The position numbers and the translations under genes were made by a program. The notes beneath the pieces were generated by a model. That model searched no databases and was not told the DNA's origin. It was given only the letters and a program-made list of their open reading frames with translations. Positions 8,675-18,654 of a stretch of DNA of 64,000 nucleotides are shown piece after piece. How positions within the stretch are numbered: position 1 is the first letter of the stretch; the number at the start of each line of letters is the position of its first letter. Origin of the DNA: a virus (lineage: Duplodnaviria > Caudoviricetes); IMG/VR virus record IMGVR_UViG_2974637922_000001, positions 132,843 through 196,842 of that record; one strand, written 5' to 3'.

Positions 8675-10971
8675 ATTCTGTGATCAGTGTTGTTAAGAGG
8701 TCTGGTGACAAGGAAGTACTTGACATTAACAAACTTCACGTAATGGTCGAGGCTGCTTGTGACGATCTATCTGGAGTCTCTGCCTCACAGGTAGAGATGA
8801 ACTCAAATATTCAGTTCTATGATGGAATTACAACTGATGCAATTCAGGAAATTCTTATTAAGAGTGCTTCTGATTTGATTGATCTTGATCACCCAAACTA
8901 TCAGTTTGTTGCTGCTAGGTTGTTGTTGTTTGCTGTACGCAAACAGGTTTTTGATCGGATGCATGAACTACCTGATGTTAAGTCGCATGTTAGGAAGTGT
9001 GTAGACGCAGGTGTTTATGATGCCGAAATCTTTGATCTCTATAGTGACGAAGAGTTTGCTGAGTTTGATAAGATTATTAATCACGACAGAGACTACATCT
9101 TCACCTTTGCTGGTCTCCGTCAGGTGGTGGATAAGTATTTGGTTCAGGATAGAACCAACAATAAGGTATATGAAACACCCCAGTTCATGTATCTCCTTAT
9201 CGCCGCTACTATCTTCTCTCAGTATTCTAGAGAGACACGAATGTCCTATGTGAAACGTTACTATGACGCAATCTCAAAGCACCGCATCAATATTCCAACG
9301 CCTATTATGGCAGGCGTTAGAACGCCCCTTAGGCAGTTCGCTAGCTGCGTTCTTATTGATTCCGACGACAGTCTCGATTCTATCTTTAGTTCTGATATGG
9401 CTATTGGCAGATACGTTGCGCAAAGAGCTGGAATCGGGATCAACGCTGGAAGAATCCGTGGTCTCAACAGTAAAATCCGTGGTGGAGAGGTAAGCCATAC
9501 CGGGGTAATTCCATTTCTCAAGAAGTTTGAAACTACCGTTAGGTGTTGTACTCAGAATGGTATTAGGGGAGGTTCGGCAACAGTTCACTTCCCTATCTGG
9601 CACCAAGAGATCGAAGATATCATGGTGTTGAAGAATAACAAGGGTACAGAAGACAACCGAGTGAGGAAACTTGACTACTCCATCCAACTATCAAAGATTT
9701 TCTATGAGCGTTTCATCCAGAATGGAGAAATTAGCTTGTTCTCACCGCATGACGTACCAGGTTTGTATGATGCTTTTGGTACTGATGACTTTGACACTCT
9801 ATATCGGATGCATGAACTCAATGATGCTGTTCCAAGAACGACACACAAAGCACAAGAGTTAATCATGGATCTCTTGAAGGAGAGATCTGAGACTGGTCGT
9901 ATCTACTTAATGAATATCGATCATTGTAACTCCCACTCGTCCTTCTTGGATAAGGTGGAGATGTCCAACCTCTGTCAGGAGATTACACTACCTACAAGAC
10001 CCCTAAACCATATCGATGATACCGAAGGTGAGATTGCTCTCTGTATCCTCTCTGCGTTGAACGTAGGTAAGTTACGCAACCTAGAAGAGATGGAGGAGCT
10101 ATGTGACTTGGCAATTCGTGGTTTAGATGAACTCATTGACTTCCAGAACTACCCCATCAAGGCAGCTGAAATTGCCACTAAGAATCGTAGGTCTCTAGGT
10201 GTTGGTTACATTGGGTTGGCACACTACCTAGCGAAACATAGAGTTGGGTATAATGATCAGGAAGCATTCCAATTGGTTCATGATCTAACTGAACACTTCC
10301 AGTACTATCTAATCAAGGCAACAACTAATCTCGCCAAAGAGAAAGGAGCTTGTGGTTGGTCTGATCGTACTAAGTATAGTCAGGGTATTCTACCTATTGA
10401 CACATACAAGAGTGATGTGGATGAGATTGTTCCCAACGTCCTCACACTAGACTGGGAAGCTCTACGAGCCGATTGTCTGAAGTATGGAGTCCGTAACTCC
10501 ACTCTATCCGCACAGATGCCCTCTGAGTCCTCCTCAGTCGTCTGTAACGCCACTAACGGTATCGAACCACCCAGAGGGTTCCTATCGGTGAAGAAGTCCA
10601 AGAAGGGAACCCTGAAACAGATTGTTCCTTCCTATCCATACCTCAAGCAGTTCTACACTCTCCTATGGGAAATGGGTAGTAACGAGGGATACATCAAGAT
10701 TGTGGCTGTGATGCAGAAGTTCTTTGACCAGGCTATCTCTGGGAACTGGTCTTACAACCCTAAGGACTACCCAAATAATGAGGTTCCAATGAGTGAGATG
10801 GTCAAAGATTGGCTCACTACATATAAGTACGGTTGGAAGACTTCTTACTACCAAAACACATATGATATGTCCACCGATACTGGGGAATCTGACACCAAAG
10901 AAGAACTAGAAACATTACTGTCACAGATCGAACTCCTCGAAGATGACGACTGTGACAGTTGTAAAATCTAA
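8671..10971 (+). CDS. nrdA: Ribonucleotide reductase class Ia alpha subunit
   Basis: ATP cone, PTPIMAG, ASCVL, SNLCQEI, C-terminal CDSCKI. Confidence 0.97.
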   Translation: MNSVISVVKRSGDKEVLDINKLHVMVEAACDDLSGVSASQVEMNSNIQFYDGITTDAIQEILIKSASDLIDLDHPNYQFVAARLLLFAVRKQVFDRMHELPDVKSHVRKCVDAGVYDAEIFDLYSDEEFAEFDKIINHDRDYIFTFAGLRQVVDKYLVQDRTNNKVYETPQFMYLLIAATIFSQYSRETRMSYVKRYYDAISKHRINIPTPIMAGVRTPLRQFASCVLIDSDDSLDSIFSSDMAIGRYVAQRAGIGINAGRIRGLNSKIRGGEVSHTGVIPFLKKFETTVRCCTQNGIRGGSATVHFPIWHQEIEDIMVLKNNKGTEDNRVRKLDYSIQLSKIFYERFIQNGEISLFSPHDVPGLYDAFGTDDFDTLYRMHELNDAVPRTTHKAQELIMDLLKERSETGRIYLMNIDHCNSHSSFLDKVEMSNLCQEITLPTRPLNHIDDTEGEIALCILSALNVGKLRNLEEMEELCDLAIRGLDELIDFQNYPIKAAEIATKNRRSLGVGYIGLAHYLAKHRVGYNDQEAFQLVHDLTEHFQYYLIKATTNLAKEKGACGWSDRTKYSQGILPIDTYKSDVDEIVPNVLTLDWEALRADCLKYGVRNSTLSAQMPSESSSVVCNATNGIEPPRGFLSVKKSKKGTLKQIVPSYPYLKQFYTLLWEMGSNEGYIKIVAVMQKFFDQAISGNWSYNPKDYPNNEVPMSEMVKDWLTTYKYGWKTSYYQNTYDMSTDTGESDTKEELETLLSQIELLEDDDCDSCKI

Positions 10972-11028
10972 TCCATAACGTGATATAATAGGATCACTAC
11001 TTAAACCATAAACTAACTCTCACCAACT

Positions 11029-12195
11029 ATGAAGTTTCTAACAAATACAGGAAATATCGAAGGAATGACCGTGTTTAATCAGAATGAAGTTGATGCTAAG
11101 ACCCAACCAATGTTTTTTGGTAAGCCTCTGGGGATACAACGTTATGATACCTTCAAGTATCCTATCTTTGAGAAGCTAACTCAACAACAACTAGGATACT
11201 TCTGGAAGCCAGAGGAGATCTCTCTTCAGAAAGATAGGTCTGACTATCAGAAGTTGCGTCCAGAACAGAAACACATCTTTACTTCTAACTTAAAGTATCA
11301 GATTCTTCTAGATTCTGTACAAGGTCGTGGTCCTGGTATGGCTTTTGCTCCCTATTGTTCTCTCCCAGAACTAGAAGGATGTCTTAAGGCTTGGGAGTTT
11401 ATGGAGATGATTCATAGCAGATCTTATACTCATATTATCAAGAACCTATACCCAGATCCTTCTGAAGTATTTGATACTATTCTGACAGATGAAAAGATCC
11501 TTGAGCGAGCAAAGACGGTTACAGCGGCTTATAACGAATTCATTAATGCCGCTCACGAATACGACAACGGTAACACATGGCAACACGCAAATGAAGACGT
11601 ACCTACGGCTCTTGTCAACCGTTATGACCTTAAGCGTAAGCTTTACCGTGCTATGGCTAACGTTAATATCCTAGAGGGTATTCGTTTCTATGTTTCCTTT
11701 GCATGTTCTTTCGCCTTTGGTGAGTTGAAGCAGATGGAGGCATCAGCCAAGATCATTTCACTCATTGCCCGTGACGAATCACAACACCTAGTTATCAGTC
11801 AGAACATTCTGAAGAACTGGAGGAATGGTGATGATCCTGATATGATTAAGATTGCTGAGGAACAGAAGCCTTGGTTGATTGAAACCTTTAAGTTGGCAGT
11901 GGATCAGGAGAAAGCCTGGGCGGAATACCTCTTTAAAGATGGTTCTATGATTGGTTTGAACGAGAAACTACTAGGAAACTATGTTGAGTGGATTGCTAAC
12001 CGTCGTATGAAGGCTGTTGGTCTAGAACCCATCTACGATATCGCAGCTAAGAACAACCCCCTCCCCTGGACAGAACACTGGTTGAACTCCAAGAGTGTTC
12101 AGGTTGCCCCTCAGGAGACTGAGATTACCTCCTATATCGTTGGTAATGTGAACCAGGATGTGAAATCAGATCAGTTTGCTAACTTCTCCCTATAA
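11029..12195 (+). CDS. nrdB: Ribonucleotide reductase class Ia beta subunit
   Basis: FWKPEE, LDSVQGR, EMIHSRSY, EGIRFYVSFA, RDESQH, QETEITSY. Confidence 0.97.
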   Translation: MKFLTNTGNIEGMTVFNQNEVDAKTQPMFFGKPLGIQRYDTFKYPIFEKLTQQQLGYFWKPEEISLQKDRSDYQKLRPEQKHIFTSNLKYQILLDSVQGRGPGMAFAPYCSLPELEGCLKAWEFMEMIHSRSYTHIIKNLYPDPSEVFDTILTDEKILERAKTVTAAYNEFINAAHEYDNGNTWQHANEDVPTALVNRYDLKRKLYRAMANVNILEGIRFYVSFACSFAFGELKQMEASAKIISLIARDESQHLVISQNILKNWRNGDDPDMIKIAEEQKPWLIETFKLAVDQEKAWAEYLFKDGSMIGLNEKLLGNYVEWIANRRMKAVGLEPIYDIAAKNNPLPWTEHWLNSKSVQVAPQETEITSYIVGNVNQDVKSDQFANFSL

Positions 12196-12200
12196 TTTGA

Positions 12201-12842
12201 ATGGAACTATATTATGAAAAGTTAGATAAGAATCTCTATGTATTAGATGATTTCTTTACTATGGATGAATTCATGCCGTTACATGATGAACTACACGGCA
12301 TGTACCATACTTTTTTGAGAAAGAGGGAGAACTATGTGGGTGGTGAAAACCCATATTGGTTTGCACTCAGTAAGAATAATACTCCAAATTCATCACCAAA
12401 TAACGGACTCGGGGAAAATATGGTTTTCCTCGATAGAGCCACAAAGATAAGATGGGCAATAAACAAAATACTGAGACCTGATTTCTCCTTTTACCTGAAG
12501 AGAATCAATACTAACCTGCAATGGAAGTTTCAGGATTCATCTTTCCATTTAGATTCGTATAGTAATGAACTAGACGAGAAATACTGGGGTTGGACTTTCC
12601 TCGCCTGCACCCAAACGGATTGGGATTATGAGTGGGGAGGTGAGTTTGTGTGTCAGGTTGCAGACAGAACCTACAAAAACATCTCATACTCACCAAATAG
12701 GTGTATACTATTCAATGGGGATTGTTCCCATAGGGGAGCTGCCCCCAATATCTTTGCACGGGATTTTAGAACTACCGTAGCTTGGACATTTGTATCTGTG
12801 GACGCACATATAACCCCCGATGCAACTAGCCATATTTCCTAG
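12201..12842 (+). CDS. 2OG-Fe(II) oxygenase
   Basis: FHLD (HxD), WGGEF, PNRCILF, SHRG..P, R. Confidence 0.8.
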   Translation: MELYYEKLDKNLYVLDDFFTMDEFMPLHDELHGMYHTFLRKRENYVGGENPYWFALSKNNTPNSSPNNGLGENMVFLDRATKIRWAINKILRPDFSFYLKRINTNLQWKFQDSSFHLDSYSNELDEKYWGWTFLACTQTDWDYEWGGEFVCQVADRTYKNISYSPNRCILFNGDCSHRGAAPNIFARDFRTTVAWTFVSVDAHITPDATSHIS

Positions 12843-12889
12843 ATAGTCACGTCACATGATAGAATGACGTATATCACGAGGAGGATGTC

Positions 12890-13105
12890 ATGTCGAGTGA
12901 ACCATTTCTTGAATGGATGGTGAAGCCGCCCATTTCAGATGAAGAGTTGATGTTGATTTGCCTAAAGAATGCCCCGTGTGGCACGAATAGGAAGCAAGCA
13001 ATGAAATTGATCAGAGTGTTGGAAGTAAAGTTGGCGGAACCTACGGGATTTGCTAATATATTTCCACAACCCAAACCAGGTGGGGAGTCTGATTATGCTG
13101 GGTAA
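12890..13105 (+). CDS. Hypothetical protein
   Basis: Strong RBS (GAGGAGG); 71 aa. Confidence 0.65.
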   Translation: MSSEPFLEWMVKPPISDEELMLICLKNAPCGTNRKQAMKLIRVLEVKLAEPTGFANIFPQPKPGGESDYAG

Positions 13106-13223
13106 TGTTTTACTTTGGATATCAATTCCCTTTGTAGTTGCTACCATATTCTTTGGTATCTACAGAGGTGAAAATTATTATTATGAGAGTAGTGACTATG
13201 ATGGAAATGGAACATCGCATTAA
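13095..13223 (+). CDS. ndhP: NdhP-like small subunit of cyanobacterial NDH-1L (not in ORF track)
   Basis: MLGNVLLWISIPFVVATIFFGIYRGENYYYESSDYDGNGTSH: one TM helix plus the FG..YY.S..Y.GNG..H C-terminus characteristic of NdhP. Confidence 0.75.
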   Translation: MLGNVLLWISIPFVVATIFFGIYRGENYYYESSDYDGNGTSH

Positions 13224-13416
13224 GATGCGTTACGAATTCGCTATGAGTTCGTTCGCTAGAATGTACGGAGTGAGAGCTGTTTCTGGATCAGGGCACCATG
13301 TCAAATTCTGCAAAAGGTGGGCAGATACTAGTGTTGAGGAAGCTCCTAATGGAACTCTAACTGAAGTTGATTTCTACTTCAGGGATTTGTGGGACATTTG
13401 GGGGGAGTATATATAA
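13201..13416 (+). CDS. Hypothetical protein (start uncertain)
   Basis: ORF MEMEHRIKMRYEFAMSSFARMYG. Confidence 0.6.
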   Translation: MEMEHRIKMRYEFAMSSFARMYGVRAVSGSGHHVKFCKRWADTSVEEAPNGTLTEVDFYFRDLWDIWGEYI

Positions 13417-13499
13417 TGAGAACATATATTCCAGCGTTTTTCATACTAACCTTTGTGATAGTATTTGTTACTTGGGGATTGAATAACGCCTACCCATAA
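13416..13499 (+). CDS. 27-aa single-TM peptide
   Basis: MRTYIPAFFILTFVIVFVTWGLNNAYP, TAATG-coupled. Confidence 0.55.
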   Translation: MRTYIPAFFILTFVIVFVTWGLNNAYP

Positions 13500-13507
13500 A
13501 ATTACAT

Positions 13508-13651
13508 ATGATTGCTTCGTATAAGAAACTCGAAACGGAAAACTTCATGTTGCGTTTGGAAGTCGAGAGACTACGAATGGCACTACAAGAGACCCAAAAC
13601 GAGTGGTCACACCCAGAGTCTTGTGTTAGAAAACAAAGTCTCTGGAAATAG
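13508..13651 (+). CDS. Small hypothetical protein
   Basis: MIASYKKLETENFMLRLEVERL..., ends at a terminator. Confidence 0.55.
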   Translation: MIASYKKLETENFMLRLEVERLRMALQETQNEWSHPESCVRKQSLWK

Positions 13652-13654
13652 GTT

Positions 13655-13693
13655 AGGGGGGTGGTTGCCACCTCCCTTTTTTTGTGCTATAAT
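13655..13693 (+). terminator. Terminator hairpin overlapping a sigma-70-type promoter
   Basis: AGGGGGGTGG-TTG-CCACCTCCCT-T tract; TTGCCA-17-TATAAT. Confidence 0.65.
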
Positions 13694-13760
13694 ACCTTTG
13701 TGAAGGGAAACAGGGGCTGCTTAGCATCTAAATACTTAATGAGAGGAGTTATCATTTAAT

Positions 13761-13895
13761 ATGGCATACAGAGTTTGGCATTCACCAATAAAGAGTATTA
13801 TCCTACAAACCTATGAGGAGGTAGTTGTATACTATGCAATGCAAAGAGCAGCACATAACACTACTCCAGAAGGTTGGGAAGAAGTTGCTGCATAG
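13761..13895 (+). CDS. Small hypothetical protein
   Basis: GAGGAG RBS; MAYRVWHSPIKSIILQ..., 44 aa. Confidence 0.5.
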   Translation: MAYRVWHSPIKSIILQTYEEVVVYYAMQRAAHNTTPEGWEEVAA

Positions 13896-13918
13896 ATATG
13901 GTAGAATGATTATGTTAT

Positions 13919-14359
13919 GTGAAAGAAGTAAATTATGAGAACCCATGGATATATCTGGAGAGACCTTTCACTGATGATGATATTCTGGACTACTTTGGTT
14001 TTGTTTATCGTATTACCAATAAGACAACAGGGAGAAAGTACCTGGGAAGAAAGGTATTTTGGTTCCACAGAAAGCCTCCTGGTAAGAAACGAAGGGTAAA
14101 GAAACCATCAGACTGGAAGAAGTACTATGGATCCAGTGATGAACTTAAAGCAGATATTCAACTCTTAGGGAAAGATATCTTCACCAGGGAGATTATATCA
14201 TTGCATAAGACCCTAGGAAAGACAAACTTTGCAGAGACAGAAGCACTCTTCCAATACAAAGTATTGACAGAGAAACTTGACGATGGGTCTCCAATGTATT
14301 ATAATGCGAATATACTTTCGAGATACTACAGGAAAGACTACTTTGATTATGAGGACTAA
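13919..14359 (+). CDS. GIY-YIG family (Seg-like) endonuclease
   Basis: GFVYRITNKTTGRKYLGRK, YYGSS, REII, YYNANI. Confidence 0.8.
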   Translation: MKEVNYENPWIYLERPFTDDDILDYFGFVYRITNKTTGRKYLGRKVFWFHRKPPGKKRRVKKPSDWKKYYGSSDELKADIQLLGKDIFTREIISLHKTLGKTNFAETEALFQYKVLTEKLDDGSPMYYNANILSRYYRKDYFDYED

Positions 14360-15447
14360 TGAGTTATTTTACTGATCGTTTTGGTGATACCTATAAGGTT
14401 ATCCGTAACTATATCTCTAGTGAAGAAGCAAATACTTTAGGAGAGAACTATAAAGAGTTTGTATCTACTGATGGGGTGCCTACAGAGGCAACCATGATTA
14501 CTTCGAATGCATATGATTTCTACAACCGACCTGAACAGGTAGCACTACTATCAGAGAAAGTATCACATATTAATGAACTATTGGGTAAGAAAGTTCTTCC
14601 TGCCTATTCCTTTGTTAGACAATACGGAGTTGGATCCTTTCTAGGCAAACATACGGACAGAAAGTCCTGTGAGGTATCTCTGAGTATCCACCTGTGTGGT
14701 GATAAGGAATGGCCGTTCTGTATAGAGGATAAGGAAGGAAACCCCGTAGAACTCATCCTACACCCCGGAGATGCAGTTCTATATGATGCACCTAATGCAA
14801 CTCACTGGAGAGAAGAATATGATGGTGAGTTCTATATTCAAACCTTTCATCACTATGTAACTTTAGGTGGTGAGTATGAGAATCTATTCTTTGATAATAA
14901 TGATAAAGAATTCTCACTAACCAATTATATTAAACAATATAAGGAATCAGTACCTCCTGATATCTGTGATATGATTGTTAAATACGCAGAACAATTCCCC
15001 AATAGGTGGGAAAATGCTACTACTATACAATCTATAAAAGATAATACTACTGATACTAGGATATGTGAGAGTTGGAATGTTTTACCAACTGATAGTATTG
15101 ATGATGTTGTTTATAAGTATATAACTGAAGCATCTTCTAAGTTCTGTAATACCTTCCCACACTTTAATCTTACTCAGGACACTGGATATCAGATTTTAAG
15201 ATACAAACCAGGTGGTAAGTATGACTACCATACAGATCAACATGCCACTTATAACAGGGAAGTTACTATTATTCTAAACCTTAATGATGACTACGAAGGT
15301 GGTAACCTATGTCACATTAAAGACAACCATATGATAAAGATGGGTAAGGGTGATATCATTATTTTCCCTGCTAACTTTATGTACCCACATCGTATTACTC
15401 CCATAACATCTGGTGTTAGGTATTCTATTGTGACTTGGGCAGTCTAA
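14359..15447 (+). CDS. Tandem two-domain 2OG-Fe(II) oxygenase
   Basis: KHTDR..CEVS..HWRE in domain 1; YHTD..LNDDYEGG..YPHRITPITSGVRYS in domain 2. Confidence 0.85.
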   Translation: MSYFTDRFGDTYKVIRNYISSEEANTLGENYKEFVSTDGVPTEATMITSNAYDFYNRPEQVALLSEKVSHINELLGKKVLPAYSFVRQYGVGSFLGKHTDRKSCEVSLSIHLCGDKEWPFCIEDKEGNPVELILHPGDAVLYDAPNATHWREEYDGEFYIQTFHHYVTLGGEYENLFFDNNDKEFSLTNYIKQYKESVPPDICDMIVKYAEQFPNRWENATTIQSIKDNTTDTRICESWNVLPTDSIDDVVYKYITEASSKFCNTFPHFNLTQDTGYQILRYKPGGKYDYHTDQHATYNREVTIILNLNDDYEGGNLCHIKDNHMIKMGKGDIIIFPANFMYPHRITPITSGVRYSIVTWAV

Positions 15448-15469
15448 ATACTCTGTTATTTCGGTTACA

Positions 15470-16690
15470 GTGATGAGAATTGATTTCAGTAACTTTTTCC
15501 AATACTATGATGGTGATCTAAAGAACCATGTAGAATCAATTGCTCTACTAGAGCGTGAGATTGAAAAGGTTGCTCCCCATCTCCTCCAGGACGAAGCAGA
15601 GTGGGTTAAAGTATATCGTAATACTGCTGAGGTTGAGAAACCAGATAAGGTTATTGCCTTACCCGTACCTTACTTCCCCCAGACAGATAACTACACACAA
15701 CCAGAGAGGACTTGTAACTCCTCCTCCTGTGCTATGTGTCTAGAATACTTTAGACCTGGAACTCTAGTTGGTTCTAAAGGTGATGACGCGTATATCAGAA
15801 AGGTATTTGCTGTAGGTGATACTACAGATCACTCAGTTCAAACTAAAGTTCTAGCAGACTATGGTGTAGATTCTGAGTTCAACTATTCACTCAGTTTTGA
15901 TAACCTAGATCACGAACTTGAGAACAAGAGACCTGTTGTGATTGGTATCCTCCACAGAGGAACCCTAGCACACCCCACAGGGGGTCATATGGTGGTTGTG
16001 ATAGGTAAGACGGCAGAAGGTGATTACATCTGTCACGACCCCTACGGAGACCTTAACGACGGATATACAACCAATGTATACAACGGTCAGTCTGTTGTGT
16101 ATAAGAGAAATGTTCTAGAGGCTAGATGGACTCCTGACGGTCCTACCAGTGGTTGGGGGCGTACTTTCCAGGCGAAAGTAACCGCAAAAAAGTCTGAGGA
16201 GGGTAAGTTGCCCTCCGCTGGTGTTGAACTTATCAAAGAGTTTGAAGGACTTCATGTTCTAAAATCTGATGGAATGATCCATGCTTATCCTGACCCTCTA
16301 TCTGGTGGTGAACCCTGGACTATTGGTTGGGGTTCTACTAGGGATCTTGATGGATCAGCATTCCATCCTGGGGATAAAATCACCAGAGAGAAAGCAGACA
16401 TCCTCCTAGAGGAACAACTCAGAAGGGATTATCTTTCTAAGTTAGAACAAACCATCCCCTATTGGGATGAGATGAACGACAACCAACATGGAGCCCTGCT
16501 TAGTTTTGGGTATAATCTAGGAGCCGGTTTCTACGGAAGTCCTGATTTTAACACAATAACCCGTGTTTTGCGAGACAAAGAGTGGAATAAAGTCCCCGAC
16601 GCGTTATACTTGTATCGTAACCCCGGAACTCCTGTAGAGGAGGGTCTTTCTAGACGACGGATTGCAGAAGGAGAACTTTGGGAGAGCTGA
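15470..16690 (+). CDS. Endolysin: C39-like peptidase fused to a GH24 lysozyme
   Basis: RTCNSSSCAM, GGHMVV, HDPYG; IKEFEG..AYPDPL..WTIGWGST, GLSRRRIAE. Confidence 0.85.
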   Translation: MMRIDFSNFFQYYDGDLKNHVESIALLEREIEKVAPHLLQDEAEWVKVYRNTAEVEKPDKVIALPVPYFPQTDNYTQPERTCNSSSCAMCLEYFRPGTLVGSKGDDAYIRKVFAVGDTTDHSVQTKVLADYGVDSEFNYSLSFDNLDHELENKRPVVIGILHRGTLAHPTGGHMVVVIGKTAEGDYICHDPYGDLNDGYTTNVYNGQSVVYKRNVLEARWTPDGPTSGWGRTFQAKVTAKKSEEGKLPSAGVELIKEFEGLHVLKSDGMIHAYPDPLSGGEPWTIGWGSTRDLDGSAFHPGDKITREKADILLEEQLRRDYLSKLEQTIPYWDEMNDNQHGALLSFGYNLGAGFYGSPDFNTITRVLRDKEWNKVPDALYLYRNPGTPVEEGLSRRRIAEGELWES

Positions 16691-17110
16691 ATGATTGCAC
16701 TTGATATATTCTGTGACTGGTTCACTGGGAGATGGAACAACCGTGCTCAGGCACATTCCAACCCCAGAGGTCAGGCATATGTGATGGCTAGACACGATAG
16801 GATATCAGACACAGAGTTTCGATGTGTTTATCACTACCATAGGGATAAGACCCCTTATAGGGACTTTACCCTGAATATCAACGGACATGATAGTGATATT
16901 ATTCTGTCTGATAAGGAAACCAGGTTAGTTTATTCTTTATATAACGGAGCGTATACCTGTCACTTTGATAAGATAATCAAAGGAAAAAGATATGTATTTG
17001 ATTCTGTATTAGCGAATACTTTCTATAAACTTAATGATCAGTGTTTTGATGGAACCCGATTAGTTCGGGGTCTAGAAACCGGTGAGTTTTATGACTTTAG
17101 AAAGGAATAA
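16691..17110 (+). CDS. cpeT: CpeT/CpcT-like phycobiliprotein lyase
   Basis: WFTGRWNNRAQAHSNP, PYR, DQCF..RG..YDF. Confidence 0.7.
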   Translation: MIALDIFCDWFTGRWNNRAQAHSNPRGQAYVMARHDRISDTEFRCVYHYHRDKTPYRDFTLNINGHDSDIILSDKETRLVYSLYNGAYTCHFDKIIKGKRYVFDSVLANTFYKLNDQCFDGTRLVRGLETGEFYDFRKE

Positions 17111-17112
17111 TA

Positions 17113-17298
17113 TTATCTAATCCCCACCCACCATTCGCGAGCACAGTTTGCGATTTGTTCTGCGGTGGGGTTTTCTACGCGGATAATCTCAGAGCACTCA
17201 TCTATCATTTCCTCTAGATGTTTATTGCAGGTAGCGAGATCGTTCATTTGCTTGTGCCTTGATATTTTCGCAGTCATGAGAATACTAACAATGATCAC
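17113..17298 (-). CDS. Small hypothetical protein on the opposite strand
   Basis: Only plausible minus-strand gene; CTAAATA late-like motif just upstream on the minus strand. Confidence 0.5.
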   Translation of the reverse strand: MIIVSILMTAKISRHKQMNDLATCNKHLEEMIDECSEIIRVENPTAEQIANCAREWWVGIR

Positions 17299-17438
17299 AT
17301 ATAGAGTTATTTAGTTCTCAGAGAACTCTCAGTTGTGAGAAATGTGTAATATGATATAATGTAAATATCTTCATATTTTCTTCATATACATAATGAAGAA
17401 ACTATTAAGTTTCACATTGTCGTTTGTAAATTAAAGTT

Positions 17439-18083
17439 TTGGATTCCAATAAGAGATCGATTATTAGAAAACTAGCAGCTATTGCTGCGATTGGCTTCGT
17501 GGGTATTCCCGCTGGAGCTGGTCTAATCCCTACTCTAGAACAGTTTCAAGAAGAAAATGGATATGGTACTGAGGAAGTAGTAGAGGATACAACTGAAGAG
17601 GTAGTAGAAGAAGTAGCAATGACAAGGCGTTGGGTTCTCCCCAATGGAACACATAATGAGAAGATAGTACTCAGTGCCCTACAGGATAGGGGTATTACTG
17701 ATAAAGTTGCTCTAGCGGTTGTTTTAGGTAATATCAAACAAGAGTCACGATTCCATTCCAACATCTGTGAGGGTGGTGCAAGGGTCAACTATCATGGTTG
17801 TAGATATGGTGGGTATGGTCTTATCCAATGGACTACTTCAGATAGATATAGAGGACTTGGACACTACGCTTCTAGGATTGGTGGTGATCCTTCCAGTGTA
17901 GAAACTCAGGTTGGATATATCTTCAGAGAGAGGCAGTGGTTAGACATTGAATCATCCCTCAAAAGAAATGGTCATAGTGTTGGTTACTACATGAATAGGG
18001 CATATTACTGGTTGGGATGGGGTCACCATGGAGCCAGAACCCACTACTCACATGACTATGCTGCTCGTCTCATCTTTAAATAA
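17439..18083 (+). CDS. Phage tail lysozyme (Phage_lysozyme2-like) with an N-terminal signal anchor
   Basis: ALAVVLGNIKQESRF, GYGLIQWT..R. Confidence 0.8.
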   Translation: MDSNKRSIIRKLAAIAAIGFVGIPAGAGLIPTLEQFQEENGYGTEEVVEDTTEEVVEEVAMTRRWVLPNGTHNEKIVLSALQDRGITDKVALAVVLGNIKQESRFHSNICEGGARVNYHGCRYGGYGLIQWTTSDRYRGLGHYASRIGGDPSSVETQVGYIFRERQWLDIESSLKRNGHSVGYYMNRAYYWLGWGHHGARTHYSHDYAARLIFK

Positions 18084-18097
18084 ATAGATGAAACCCA

Positions 18098-18493
18098 ATG
18101 AAAGTCCCAGAGTTTAAAGTCAGTTTTCAGTTTGGTAAGAAGAAGAAAAACCCCCTACGTCTATACATTATAGGGGCAGTTTTGAGCTTTGTTATCGATA
18201 TGATACATACTTTTATGAGGGTTCCCACAAAGGACCTCTGGGCTTTGGTTGACGAATTGGGAAAAGAGCTTAGAATAGAAGATATCAATGAGCTCGTTTT
18301 GAATAGTCCCGAACTACTACAGGCTAGAATCGAACGAGAAGTTGATGGAGCTATTGAGGACCATCTTAAAGAAACAGGTCACAAAGACCCAGAGATTGAA
18401 TCAGTATTTACTGAAACACTAAAGGGAGAAACCCCCTTAGGTGGTGAACTAAGAATCCGTGGTAAGTGGGTTCCTGAAAATAAGGAGGACTAA
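18098..18493 (+). CDS. Hypothetical membrane protein
   Basis: ORF with one TM segment. Confidence 0.65.
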   Translation: MKVPEFKVSFQFGKKKKNPLRLYIIGAVLSFVIDMIHTFMRVPTKDLWALVDELGKELRIEDINELVLNSPELLQARIEREVDGAIEDHLKETGHKDPEIESVFTETLKGETPLGGELRIRGKWVPENKED

Positions 18494-18654
18494 TGAAACG
18501 ACACAACAAAGTGATGCACCTTATCCGTGAGTCTCTTCGTAATCCAGAAGCATATTCTGAGGAAGAGATTACATATATGAGAGAGCAACTCAAACTACTG
18601 GAGGGTGAGAAGGAAACTATTAAACGGGAGAAGAATCGTGGATTTGGATCTTAA
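18493..18654 (+). CDS. Small hypothetical protein (not in ORF track)
   Basis: AAGGAGG RBS; MKRHNKVMHLIRESL..YSEEEITYMR..RGFGS. Confidence 0.65.
   Translation: MKRHNKVMHLIRESLRNPEAYSEEEITYMREQLKLLEGEKETIKREKNRGFGS

Noticed and set aside
13512-13703. ORF-track 63-aa ORF
   Set aside because: It runs through the terminator; the ATG-started frame 13508..13651 fits better.
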